The notes under the pieces are model-generated. The model was not told the origin of the DNA and made no database searches. It worked only from the letters and a program-made list of their open reading frames with translations. 46,258 nt of DNA. Origin: Lysobacter sp. (GTDB lineage Bacteria; Pseudomonadota; Gammaproteobacteria; Burkholderiales; Usitatibacteraceae). A program made the position numbers and the translations under genes. Positions within the stretch are counted from its first letter, which is position 1. Each line of letters starts with the position of its first letter. The stretch lies in the NCBI GenBank assembly GCA_023700985.1, contig JAMPXV010000001.1:1-46258 (forward strand). Direction: 5' to 3'. Of the stretch, positions 24,645 to 35,151 are shown piece after piece.

Positions 24645-25097
24645 CTACTTGTCCCGCACCTCGCGGATCGCGTCGCGGAAGTCCTCGACGTCCGAGAAGC
24701 TGCGGTAGACGGAGGCGAAGCGGATGTAGGCCACCTTGTCGAGCTTGCGCAGTTCCTCCATCACCATCTCGCCGAGGCGCCGCGAGTCGACCTCGCGCTC
24801 GCCCAGGGCGAGAAGCTTCTGCTCGATGCGCGTGATCGCGGCGTCCACCAGCTCGGTCGTGACCGGCCGCTTGTGCAGCGCGCGCTGGAAACCCGTGCGC
24901 AGCTTCGCGGAGGAGAAGTCCTCGCGCTGGCCGTTGCCCTTCACGATCTGCGGCATGCGCAGCTCCGCCGTCTCGTAGGTCGTGAAGCGCTTGGCGCAGA
25001 CCTGGCAGCGCCGCCGCCGGCGGATGGAATCGCCCTCCTCGCTCACGCGCGAGTCGATCACCTGGGTGTCCTCGGCGCCGCAGAAGGGGCATTTCAT
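24645..25097 (-). CDS. nrdR: Transcriptional repressor NrdR
   Basis: Starts MKCPFCG...CQVC (zinc ribbon), followed by an ATP-cone. Confidence 0.95.
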   Translation of the reverse strand: MKCPFCGAEDTQVIDSRVSEEGDSIRRRRRCQVCAKRFTTYETAELRMPQIVKGNGQREDFSSAKLRTGFQRALHKRPVTTELVDAAITRIEQKLLALGEREVDSRRLGEMVMEELRKLDKVAYIRFASVYRSFSDVEDFRDAIREVRDK

Positions 25098-25118
25098 CGC
25101 GGGGCGTCCGGGCAGGCC

Positions 25119-26393
25119 TCAGGCGAGGCCGTAGGAGGCCCGCATGGCCGGGCCGTAGACGGGGAACCGCGCGCAAAGGGCATTGACGCGCTCGCGCACG
25201 CCCGCGAGGCGCGCGTCGTCGGCGTGCGCCTCGAGCGCGTCGGCGATGAGGTGCGCCACCTGGCGGGCCTCGCCGGCGCCCAGGCCGCGCGTCGTCATCG
25301 CCGGGGAGCCCACGCGGATGCCGCTCGTCACGAAGGGCTTCTCCGGGTCGTTCGGGATGGCGTTCTTGTTCACCGTGATGTGGGCCTTGCCCAGCGCGGC
25401 CTCGGCGTCCTTGCCGGTGACCTTCTTGGCGCGCAGGTCCACGAGGAAGAGGTGGCTTTCGGTGCGCCCCGAAACGATGCGAAGGCCCCGCTCGGCGAGC
25501 GTCGAGGCCATGGCCTGCGCGTTCTCGAGGACCTGCGCCTGGTAGGCCTTGAAGGCGGGCTCGAGCGCCTCCCGGAAGGCGACGGCCTTGGCGGCGATCA
25601 CGTGCATGAGGGGCCCGCCCTGGATGGAGGGGAAGATGGCCGAATTGAGCGCCTTCTCGTGCTCCGCCGCCGCGAGGATGATCCCGCCGCGCGGGCCGCG
25701 CAGCGTCTTGTGCGTCGTGCTCGTGACGAAGTCGGCGATGCCCACCGGGTTGGGATAGAGGCCCGCGGCCACCAGGCCGGCGTAGTGCGCCATGTCGACC
25801 ATGAGCATCGCGCCCACCTCGTCGGCGATGTCGCGGAAGCGCTGCCAGTCGGCGCGCAGCGCGTAGGCGGAGGCGCCGGCCACGATCATGCGCGGGTTGA
25901 ACTCGCGCGCGAGGTCGCGCACCTGGTCGTAGTCGATCTCCTCGGCCTCGCTCAGGCCGTAGGCCACGGAGTGGTACAGCTTGCCGGAGAGGTTCACCGC
26001 CGCGCCGTGCGTGAGGTGGCCGCCGTGCGCGAGCGACATGCCGAGGATCGTGTCGCCGGGCTTGAGCATCGCCATGTAGACGGCCTGGTTCGCCTGCGAG
26101 CCCGAGTGCGGCTGCACGTTGGCGTACTCCGCGCCGAAGAGCTTCTTCACGCGCTCGATGGCGAGGCTCTCGGCCACGTCGACGAACTCGCAGCCGCCGT
26201 AGTAGCGCTTGCCGGGGTAGCCCTCCGCGTACTTGTTCGTGAGGACGGTGCCCTGGGCGGCCATGACCGCGGGGCTCGCGTAGTTCTCGGAGGCGATGAG
26301 CTCGAGGCCGTCCTCCTGGCGTCGGTACTCGTCGCGGATGGCTTGCCAGATCTCGGGGTCGACGGCGGCGATGCTGTGGGTATCGGGAAACAT
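25119..26393 (-). CDS. glyA: Serine hydroxymethyltransferase
   Basis: Contains ELIASENY and [12 protein letters not shown] (PLP lysine). The start MFPDTHS lies downstream of the track's 26408. Confidence 0.95.
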   Translation of the reverse strand: MFPDTHSIAAVDPEIWQAIRDEYRRQEDGLELIASENYASPAVMAAQGTVLTNKYAEGYPGKRYYGGCEFVDVAESLAIERVKKLFGAEYANVQPHSGSQANQAVYMAMLKPGDTILGMSLAHGGHLTHGAAVNLSGKLYHSVAYGLSEAEEIDYDQVRDLAREFNPRMIVAGASAYALRADWQRFRDIADEVGAMLMVDMAHYAGLVAAGLYPNPVGIADFVTSTTHKTLRGPRGGIILAAAEHEKALNSAIFPSIQGGPLMHVIAAKAVAFREALEPAFKAYQAQVLENAQAMASTLAERGLRIVSGRTESHLFLVDLRAKKVTGKDAEAALGKAHITVNKNAIPNDPEKPFVTSGIRVGSPAMTTRGLGAGEARQVAHLIADALEAHADDARLAGVRERVNALCARFPVYGPAMRASYGLA

Positions 26394-26532
26394 GAACCGG
26401 CCCGGCACCGCCGGGACCTCGCGAAGTGATTGAAAGCGCGGAGGATTCTACCACGCGGCCCCTCCCGGCCTTCGCCTATAATCGATCGCGCGCCCACGCA
26501 AGCCCGCGCGGCCGCCATCCCTCGGATCGCGA

Positions 26533-27093
26533 ATGACCTGGCTCCTGAAGCTCGCCGCGATGATCGATGCCGTCAACGGCCTCGTGGGCCGGGCCGTGCA
26601 GTGGCTCGTGCTCGCGGCCGTGCTCATCAGCGCCGGCAACGCCTCGGCCCGCTACGGCCTGAACGCCGGCTCCAACGCGTGGCTGGAAGTCCAGTGGTAC
26701 CTCTTCTCCGCGATCTTCCTGCTGGGCGCGGGCTACGCCCTGCGCGAGGGCGCCCACGTGCGCATCGACCTGGTGGCCGGGCGGCTGTCGCGACGTGCCC
26801 AGGCGTGGATCGACATCTTCGGCGCCCTTTTCATGCTGCTGCCGGCCTGCGCGATCATCCTGTGGTTCGGCTGGGACGCCTTCCTGCTCTCCTGGCAGTC
26901 CGGCGAGGTCTCGACGGACGCCGGCGGACTCGCCCGCTGGCCGGTGAAGCTCCTCGTTCCGGCGGGGTTCGCCCTGCTGATCCTCCAGGGGATTTCCGAG
27001 ACCATCAAGCGCGCGGCCTTCCTGCGCGGTCGCTACGATTGGTACCCGCCGGGCCAGGCGCCGGGGGCGGGCCCGCCCGCCGGCAAGGACTGA
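26533..27093 (+). CDS. TRAP transporter small permease subunit (DctQ-like)
   Basis: 186 aa, four hydrophobic segments, immediately upstream of a DctM-like gene. Confidence 0.85.
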   Translation: MTWLLKLAAMIDAVNGLVGRAVQWLVLAAVLISAGNASARYGLNAGSNAWLEVQWYLFSAIFLLGAGYALREGAHVRIDLVAGRLSRRAQAWIDIFGALFMLLPACAIILWFGWDAFLLSWQSGEVSTDAGGLARWPVKLLVPAGFALLILQGISETIKRAAFLRGRYDWYPPGQAPGAGPPAGKD

Positions 27094-27096
27094 ACC

Positions 27097-28544
<1,448 letters not shown>

Positions 28545-28545
<1 letters not shown>

Positions 28546-28570
28546 CGAAGCCCCGCGAGTGCGGGGCTTC
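28545..28570. terminator. Bidirectional hairpin between convergent dctM-like and dctP-like genes
   Basis: CGAAGCCCCGC-GAGT-GCGGGGCTTCG, an 11-bp perfect stem with no T-run. Confidence 0.5.
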
Positions 28571-28587
28571 GGCAAGGCTCGGACCGC

Positions 28588-29712
28588 CTACTTCTTCGCT
28601 GCCGGCGACTTCGCCGCCGCCGCGGGCTTGCGCCCCGTCTGCATGAAGCCGTCGTAGTTCGCCTCGGCCACGCGGAACCAGAGGACCTGCTCCTCGAGGA
28701 ACCGCATCATGTGCTCGTGGATCTTCGCGAACTTCGGGTTCTTCGCGGAGATCTCGGCGTACAGGGCGAGGGACTCCTTGTGGCAGGCCTCCATCACCGG
28801 GCGCGGGAACGCGCGCAACTGCGTGCCCCCGCCGACCAGCCGCTTGAGCGCGACGGCGTTCTGGGTGTCGTAGCGCGTGAGCATCCAGGTGTTCGCCTCC
28901 GCCGTCGCCGCCTCCAGGATGGCGCGGTACTCCTTCGGCAGCGCCTCCCAGGCCTTGCCGTTCACGAACACCTGCAGCGCCGCGCCGCCTTCCCACCAGG
29001 CGGGGTAGTAGTAGTACTTCGCCACCTTGTTGAAGCCCAGCTTCTCGTCGTCGTAGGGACCGACCCATTCCGTGGCGTCGATCGTGCCGCGCTCGAGCGC
29101 CTGGTAGATCTCGCCGCCGGCGATCTGCTGCGGCACGGCGCCCAGCTTCGTGAGCACCTGGCCGGCGAGCCCCGCTATGCGGATCTTGAGGCCCCTGAGG
29201 TCGGCCACCGACTTGATCTCCTTGCGGAACCAGCCGCCCATCTGCGCGCCGGTATTGCCGCAGAGGAGCGCGCGCAGGCTGTGCTCCTTGTAGAAGTCGT
29301 TCATCAGCGCCTCGCCGCCGCCCTGCACCCACCACGAGTTGAACTGCCGGGCGTTGGGGCCGAAGGGCACGGTGGTTCCGAACGCGAAGGTCGGGTCCTT
29401 GCCGATGTAGTAGTACGACGCCGTGTGGCCGCACTCGACCGTCCCGTTGGAGACGGCGTCGAGCACCTGCAGCCCCGGGACGATCTCGCCCGCGGCGAAG
29501 TTGCGGATCTGGAACTTTCCGCTGGTGGCCTCCGCCACCCGCCTGGCGAGGAATTCCGAGGCCCCGAAGATCGTGTCCAGGCTTTTCGGGAAGCTGGAAG
29601 CGAGGCGCCACTTGACCTCGCCCGCCCCCTGCGCGAACGCGGGCGCGCTCCCCGCGGCCACGATGCCGGCGATGCCCGCGCCGGCCTTGCCGATGAACTT
29701 CCTGCGCTCCAT
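28588..29712 (-). CDS. TRAP transporter substrate-binding protein (DctP family) with Tat-type signal
   Basis: N-terminus MERRKFIGKAGAGIAGIVAAGSAPAFA. DctP-like body (KWRLASSFPKSLDT...). Confidence 0.9.
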   Translation of the reverse strand: MERRKFIGKAGAGIAGIVAAGSAPAFAQGAGEVKWRLASSFPKSLDTIFGASEFLARRVAEATSGKFQIRNFAAGEIVPGLQVLDAVSNGTVECGHTASYYYIGKDPTFAFGTTVPFGPNARQFNSWWVQGGGEALMNDFYKEHSLRALLCGNTGAQMGGWFRKEIKSVADLRGLKIRIAGLAGQVLTKLGAVPQQIAGGEIYQALERGTIDATEWVGPYDDEKLGFNKVAKYYYYPAWWEGGAALQVFVNGKAWEALPKEYRAILEAATAEANTWMLTRYDTQNAVALKRLVGGGTQLRAFPRPVMEACHKESLALYAEISAKNPKFAKIHEHMMRFLEEQVLWFRVAEANYDGFMQTGRKPAAAAKSPAAKK

Positions 29713-29794
29713 GCTTGCTCCTCGAGTCCCGGAATTTGCCGCGGCGCGCGCCCGTTTCGGCGCGACGCGAAAAGCCTAGCAGAATTGCGCGCGC

Positions 29795-31150
29795 TCAGTT
29801 GCCCGCGACGGTCATGCGCTCCACGAGGATGGAGCCCGTCGACCGCGAGCCGCGCACCAGCACGTCCCGCCCGACGGCCGCGATGCCGCGGTACATCGCC
29901 GGAAGGTTGCCGGCGATGGTGACTTCCTCGACCGGGTAGCGGATCTCGCCCCCCTCGACCCAGAAGCCGACGGCGCCGCGCGAGTAGTCGCCGGTTACCG
30001 GGTTCACGCCCTGCCCCATGAGCTCCGTGACCACGAGGCCGCGCCCCATCGCGCGCACCAGGCCGTCGAAGTCCTCGGCGCCGGGAGCGAGCACCAGGTT
30101 GTGGCAGCCTCCCGCGTTGCCCGTCGACTCGAGCGCGAGCTTGCGCGCCGAGTAGGTGGACAGGAAGTAGCCGGTGAGGACGCCCGCATCGACCACGCGC
30201 CTCGCCTTCGTCGCCACCCCTTCGCCGTCGAACCAGCAGCTCGCCATGCCGCCGGCGCGGTGCGGCTCCTCGTCGAGGTGCACGACCGGGGAGAACACGG
30301 GCTTGCCGGCCGCGTCGACGAGGAAGGAGGAGCGGCGATAGAGGCTCGACCCGCTGGCCGCGCTCACGAAATGGCCAATGAGGGAACCGGCGACATTCGC
30401 CTCGAAGAGCACCGGCACCTCCGCCGTGGCCACGCGCCTCGCCCCCAGGCGGCGCACCGCGCGCTCCCCGGCGCGGCGCCCCACGGAGGCGGCGTGCTCC
30501 AGCCGTGCGGGGTCGCGCTCGGCCGTGTACCAGTAGTCGCGTTGCATCGCCTCGCCGTCGCTCGCCAGCACCCCGCAGCCGATGCTCGATCGCGACGAGG
30601 GGAAGCCGCCGACGAAGCCGAGCGAGTTGGCGAACACGAAGTCGGCGTCCCACGACGACACGGTGGCGCCCTCGGAATTGGTGATGCGCGGGTCCACGGA
30701 GCGCGCCGCCTCCTCGGTCTCGCGTGCCAGGGCGATGGCGGCTTCCACCGGAAGGCCCCACGGGTGGAAGAGATCCAGCGACGGAGCCTCGCCCCGGTAG
30801 AGCCGCTTCGCGTCGGGGAGCCCCGCGGCCTCGTCGGGCGCGGTGTGGCGGGCGATGGCGCACGCGGCGTCGACCGTCCTCGCGATGGATTCGGCCGACA
30901 GGTCCGAGGTGCTCGCGTTGCCGCGGCGCTGGCCGAAGTACACCGTGACCGCGAGCGCCTTGTCGCGGTTGTACTCGACGGTCTCGACCTCGCCCAGCCG
31001 CACGGTGACCGACTGGCCCACGGAAGCGGAGGTTTCCGCTTCCGCGTCGCTCGCGCCGCGGGCACGCGCGAGCTCCAGGGCGCGCAACGCGGCGGATTCG
31101 AGGGCGGGGCGGTCGAGGGGCAGCGCCGGGGCGGCGGGAGTATCGGGCAT
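29795..31150 (-). CDS. pmbA: Metalloprotease PmbA (TldE)
   Basis: 451 aa with PmbA/TldD-family similarity throughout. It is divergent from yjgA, as in E. coli. Confidence 0.92.
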   Translation of the reverse strand: MPDTPAAPALPLDRPALESAALRALELARARGASDAEAETSASVGQSVTVRLGEVETVEYNRDKALAVTVYFGQRRGNASTSDLSAESIARTVDAACAIARHTAPDEAAGLPDAKRLYRGEAPSLDLFHPWGLPVEAAIALARETEEAARSVDPRITNSEGATVSSWDADFVFANSLGFVGGFPSSRSSIGCGVLASDGEAMQRDYWYTAERDPARLEHAASVGRRAGERAVRRLGARRVATAEVPVLFEANVAGSLIGHFVSAASGSSLYRRSSFLVDAAGKPVFSPVVHLDEEPHRAGGMASCWFDGEGVATKARRVVDAGVLTGYFLSTYSARKLALESTGNAGGCHNLVLAPGAEDFDGLVRAMGRGLVVTELMGQGVNPVTGDYSRGAVGFWVEGGEIRYPVEEVTIAGNLPAMYRGIAAVGRDVLVRGSRSTGSILVERMTVAGN

Positions 31151-31254
31151 GGTGGCGGGGGCTTGGGACTTTGGGGCGGTTCGCGCGCGCGGCCCGCAAA
31201 ACCCTTAAACTTCGGCGGGCCCGCGATAGCGCCCGAACCGGCGAAGAAGACCAG

Positions 31255-31758
31255 ATGAGCGACGAGAATCTTATCAGCAAATCCCGCCGGAAAAGGCAGG
31301 CGCACGAGCTGCAGGACATCGGCAAGGCCCTCACCCAGCTGCGCCCCGACCAGCTCGCGCGCATCGAGCTCCCCGAGGAGCTTCGCGAGGCGATCGCGGC
31401 GTGCCGCAGGATGACCAAGCACGAGGCGATCCGCCGCCAGATGCAGCTCATCGGGCGCATGATGCGCCACCTGGATGCCGCCCCCATCGCGGCGCAGCTC
31501 GATGCGATGCACGCCCCCTCGCACCGCCAGACGGCCCTCTTCCACCGCGCCGAGAAGTGGCGCGACGAGCTCCTCGCCGACGCGGCGGCCGCCGAGCGCT
31601 TCGCCCTCGAGTACCCCGGCGCAGACGCCGGCCGGCTGCGCACGCTCGCCGCCGCCGCGCGCGAGGAACGGCAGGCGGAGCAGACGCCGAAGCGCTACCG
31701 CGAGCTCTTCCAGGCCATCAACGCCGCCATCCAGGAACACGCGAAGCGGGATCCATGA
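31255..31758 (+). CDS. yjgA: Ribosome-associated protein YjgA (DUF615)
   Basis: Contains SKSRRKRQAHELQDIGKAL, IRRQMQLIGRMMR and YRELFQ. Confidence 0.88.
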   Translation: MSDENLISKSRRKRQAHELQDIGKALTQLRPDQLARIELPEELREAIAACRRMTKHEAIRRQMQLIGRMMRHLDAAPIAAQLDAMHAPSHRQTALFHRAEKWRDELLADAAAAERFALEYPGADAGRLRTLAAAAREERQAEQTPKRYRELFQAINAAIQEHAKRDP

Positions 31759-32351
31759 GCACGCACGACCCCGTCACCATCGGCCTCGTCTCGACGAGCG
31801 ACCGCGCCTCGCAGGGCGTCTACCGCGACGAGGGCATCCCGGCCCTCGAGAGCTGGCTCTCGGCCGCGCTCCTGAATCCGCTGCGCTTCGAGCGGCGCCT
31901 GGTTCCCGACGACCGCGCCACCATCGAGGCCGCCCTCGTCGAGCTGGTGGACGGCGCCGGCTGCCACCTCGTCATCACCACCGGCGGCACCGGGCCCGCG
32001 CCTCGCGACGTGACGCCCGAGGCCACGCTCGCCGTGGCCGACCGGGAGATGCCCGGCTTCGGCGAGCAGATGCGCCGCATCAGCCTGGAGTTCGTGCCCA
32101 CCGCGATCCTGTCGCGCCAGGTCGCGGTCGTGCGCAAGGGCGCGCTCATCCTCAACCTGCCCGGGCAGCCCAAGTCGATCCGCGAGACGCTCGAGGGCGC
32201 GAAGGACGCCGAGGGTCGCACGCGCGTGGCCGGGATCTTCGCCGCCGTCCCCTACTGCATCGACCTCGTCGGCGGGCCCTACCTCGAGACCCGCGAGGAG
32301 GTCGTGAAGGCCTTCCGGCCCAAGTCCGCGATCCGCGCTCCCCGGCCCTGA
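31755..32351 (+). CDS. mogA: Molybdopterin adenylyltransferase MogA
   Basis: Contains IGLVSTSDRAS and LVITTGGTGPAPRDVTPEAT. The ATG overlaps the yjgA stop. Confidence 0.9.
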   Translation: MSTHDPVTIGLVSTSDRASQGVYRDEGIPALESWLSAALLNPLRFERRLVPDDRATIEAALVELVDGAGCHLVITTGGTGPAPRDVTPEATLAVADREMPGFGEQMRRISLEFVPTAILSRQVAVVRKGALILNLPGQPKSIRETLEGAKDAEGRTRVAGIFAAVPYCIDLVGGPYLETREEVVKAFRPKSAIRAPRP

Positions 32352-32374
32352 CCCCCAACCCCGGAACCCATTCC

Positions 32375-33058
32375 ATGGAACTGCTCTCCCACATCGAACT
32401 CTCGACCGGCGCGGAACCCGTCGGCACGGTCATCTGGATGCACGGCCTGGGCGCCGACGGCTGGGACTTCGTGCCCATCGTGCGCGAGCTCGACCTGCCC
32501 GAGGACCTGCCGCTTCGCTTCATCTTCCCGAACGCGCCGGTGCGGCCGGTCACGATCAACAACGGCTACGCGATGCGGGCGTGGTACGACATCGCGATGG
32601 CCGACATCGGGCGCCTGCCGGACGAGGCCGGCATCCGCCAGTCGCAGGCGCAGGTGGAGGCCTTCCTCGCGCGCGAGAAGTCGCGCGGCATGCCCGCGCG
32701 CAGCATCGTGCTCGCGGGGTTCTCCCAGGGCGGGGCCATCGCCCTGCACACGGGGTTGCGGCACACCGAGTCGCTTGCCGGCATCCTCGCGCTCTCGACC
32801 TACCTGCCGCTCGCCGAGACGCTGGACCGGGAGTCGGCCGACGCCAACGAGCGCATCCCGGTGTTCATGGCGCACGGCACGCAGGACCCGGTCGTGCCGC
32901 TGGCCCTGGCGGAGTCGTCCCGCGCCACGCTCGTTTCGCGCGGGCTCGCGCCCGAATGGCACGCCTACCCGATGCCCCACTCGGTGTGCGCCGAGGAGGT
33001 GGCGGCCATCTCGCAGTGGCTCAAGGCCCGCTTCTCGAGCCCGATCCTGCTCGCCTGA
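32375..33058 (+). CDS. Alpha/beta hydrolase, phospholipase/carboxylesterase family
   Basis: Contains VIWMHGLGADG, the nucleophile elbow GFSQGG, and the late motifs HGTQDPVVP and H in YPMPHS. Confidence 0.88.
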   Translation: MELLSHIELSTGAEPVGTVIWMHGLGADGWDFVPIVRELDLPEDLPLRFIFPNAPVRPVTINNGYAMRAWYDIAMADIGRLPDEAGIRQSQAQVEAFLAREKSRGMPARSIVLAGFSQGGAIALHTGLRHTESLAGILALSTYLPLAETLDRESADANERIPVFMAHGTQDPVVPLALAESSRATLVSRGLAPEWHAYPMPHSVCAEEVAAISQWLKARFSSPILLA

Positions 33059-33065
33059 TCGCGGC

Positions 33066-33449
33066 TCAGGGCGCGGGCGTGGCCAGGGGCTTGCCGCGCT
33101 CGACCACGAAGGTCGCGATCACCGTGACCGGCCGAGCGCCGACGGCCCGCGCGTCGTGGATGCGGCCGGCCGGTATCAGGTAGGTGTCGCCGGGGCCGAG
33201 CCGGCGCGGCGCCTCGCCGTCGACCTCCATCACCGCCTCCCCCTCCAGCAGGTAGCCCGTCTCCACGCCGGGATGGGAGTGCCGCCCCGCCGCCGCACCC
33301 GGCGCGATCTCGATCCTCACCAGGAGGACCTCGTGCCCGCCATCCGGCCCGGCCGCGCGCTGCAGGACCTGCCGCTGGATGCCGGGCGACTGGGCGGTCG
33401 CCGTCGCGACGGCGAGCGCCAGGCCCGCGAACAGGACGGCCGGCCTCAC
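33066..33449 (-). CDS. Secreted cupin-domain protein
   Basis: GTG start overlapping the thioesterase stop (GTGA). Signal peptide RPAVLFAGLALAVATATAQS. Cupin motifs GRHSHPGVETGYLLEG and GDTYLIPAGRIHDA. Confidence 0.75.
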   Translation of the reverse strand: MRPAVLFAGLALAVATATAQSPGIQRQVLQRAAGPDGGHEVLLVRIEIAPGAAAGRHSHPGVETGYLLEGEAVMEVDGEAPRRLGPGDTYLIPAGRIHDARAVGARPVTVIATFVVERGKPLATPAP

Positions 33450-33895
33450 GGCGCCGCCCCCTCGGCGCGCAGCGTGGCGAGCGCCCGCCGCCACGCCTCC
33501 GGCAGCGCCGTCGGGCGCCGCGTGGCGCGGTCCACGTAGACGTGCACGAAGTGACCCTGCGCGGCGGCCTGCGCCCTGCCCTCGCCGAACAGGGCGATCT
33601 CGTAGCGCACGCTGGAGTTGCCGACGTGCGCCACGCGCATCGCCGCCGTCACCGTTTCCGGGTAGGTGAGCGACTCGAAGTAGTGGCACCCCGTCTCGAC
33701 GACCAGCCCGATGACGGCGCCCTTCTCGACGTCGAGCAGCCCCTGGCGGATGAGCCAGTCGTTCACGACGGTGTCGAAGTAGGAGTAGTACACGACGTTG
33801 TTCACGTGCCCGTACGCGTCGTTGTCCATCCATCGTGTCGTGATCTCGCGCGCGTGGGGGTAATCGGCGCGGCCGTGCGGGACGGGTCGGGCCAT
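33446..33895 (-). CDS. Acyl-CoA thioesterase (4HBT / YbgC-like hotdog fold)
   Basis: Contains TRWMDNDAYGHVNNVVYYSYFDTVV. It is the C-terminal 149 aa of the 973-aa track ORF; the remainder is shadow frame. Confidence 0.85.
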   Translation of the reverse strand: MARPVPHGRADYPHAREITTRWMDNDAYGHVNNVVYYSYFDTVVNDWLIRQGLLDVEKGAVIGLVVETGCHYFESLTYPETVTAAMRVAHVGNSSVRYEIALFGEGRAQAAAQGHFVHVYVDRATRRPTALPEAWRRALATLRAEGAAP

Positions 33896-35121
33896 CAGGC
33901 TTCTCCGTGCGAGTGCGCCCCTGAGGACGGGGCGAAGAACTTCACGGTGCGCGCGTAGGCGCCCGGGACCGGGCACATCCCGCCCACCAGGAACGCCTCG
34001 ACTTCCTCGCGGCGCTTCATCGTGTCCTGGTAGCCCAGGCCGATCAGCTCGCGGCAGTAGCCCTGCTCGAAGAGGAGGTAGCTCGCGAAGTTGGCGCCGC
34101 CGCGCCGCATCGTCCCGACGTTGCGCAGGAGGAAGCGGATGGGCGCCGGGAGGCTGCGCACATGGCGCACGGCGATCACGTCGAGCGGTTCCGAGGGCGT
34201 CATGACCAGCACGTCCACGTGGTGCAGCGTGAGGCCCATCTGCCGCAGCCGGTCCCGCGGCACGGCGCTGATCGTCCGGTTGATGCGCTCGAGCCGCTCG
34301 ATGTCGACGGCGAGGCTGTCCAGGAAGATCGAGTTCATGACGTGCCCGGCCACCTGCGCGAGCGTGGGGTGGGAGTCGCCGCGCGTGCGCTCGGGATCGT
34401 CGTTGCGGATGCGGGCCGTTCCCACGACGACGACGCGTTCGGCCCCCAGGTGCAGCGCCGGGCTCACGGGCGCGATCTGGCGCATGGAGCCGTCGCCGAA
34501 GTACTCGCGGTTGAGGTGGTGCGCCGGGAACAGGAAGGGGATCGCGCTGGAGGCCATGAGGTGCTCGACCTGGATCTTCGCGCGGATGCCCACGCGCTGG
34601 GAGCGCTTCCAGCCGCCGAGGTGCGGCGCGCCCTCGAAGAAGCTCACGCTCTGCCCCGAGGTGTAGCCGGAGCAGGTGATCGCCACCGCGTCGAGCGCCC
34701 CCTTGGCGATGTTCTGCTCGATGCGCGCGAACTCGAGCTTGCGCGCCAGGAGCGCGGCCAGCGGGCGGTTGTCGAGAAGCGACATGCGCCGGTCGCGCAC
34801 GAAGGCCCCGAAGACGAAGCCCGCGAGCCAGCGCGCGCTGTTGGCGGCCACGCCGGCGAAGTCGGAACGGTAGACGTGCCGCGGCTCGAACTGGCGCCAG
34901 ACCTCGAGGAGGTTCTCGACCGCGCGGCCGAAGTCGTCGGCGTGGCAGGCGAGCGCCCCGGCGTTCACCGCGCCGGCCGAGGTCCCCGCGATGATGGGGA
35001 AGGGATTGACGGCCGGGTCCGGCAGCATCTCCTTGATCGCCTGCAGGACGCCCACCTGGTAGGCCGCGCGCGCGCCCCCGCCCGCCAGGACCAGCGCGGC
35101 CTTTCCCGGAGTCGCTTCCAT
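33895..35121 (-). CDS. Patatin-like phospholipase
   Basis: Oxyanion hole LAGGGARAAY, nucleophile GTSAGA, catalytic Asp in GDGSMRQ. Confidence 0.9.
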   Translation of the reverse strand: MEATPGKAALVLAGGGARAAYQVGVLQAIKEMLPDPAVNPFPIIAGTSAGAVNAGALACHADDFGRAVENLLEVWRQFEPRHVYRSDFAGVAANSARWLAGFVFGAFVRDRRMSLLDNRPLAALLARKLEFARIEQNIAKGALDAVAITCSGYTSGQSVSFFEGAPHLGGWKRSQRVGIRAKIQVEHLMASSAIPFLFPAHHLNREYFGDGSMRQIAPVSPALHLGAERVVVVGTARIRNDDPERTRGDSHPTLAQVAGHVMNSIFLDSLAVDIERLERINRTISAVPRDRLRQMGLTLHHVDVLVMTPSEPLDVIAVRHVRSLPAPIRFLLRNVGTMRRGGANFASYLLFEQGYCRELIGLGYQDTMKRREEVEAFLVGGMCPVPGAYARTVKFFAPSSGAHSHGEA

Positions 35122-35151
35122 GCCGTCCCTCCCCCCGGCGGCCGGCCCGCG

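Noticed and set aside
26445-26482. Promoter-like hexamers in the glyA/dctQ divergent spacer: TATAAT at 26477-26482 on the plus strand, and an extended -10 TGGTAGAAT on the minus strand at 26445-26453.
   Set aside because: Neither has a convincing -35 partner at 16-18 bp, and single hexamers are expected by chance. They are not supported well enough to list as features.
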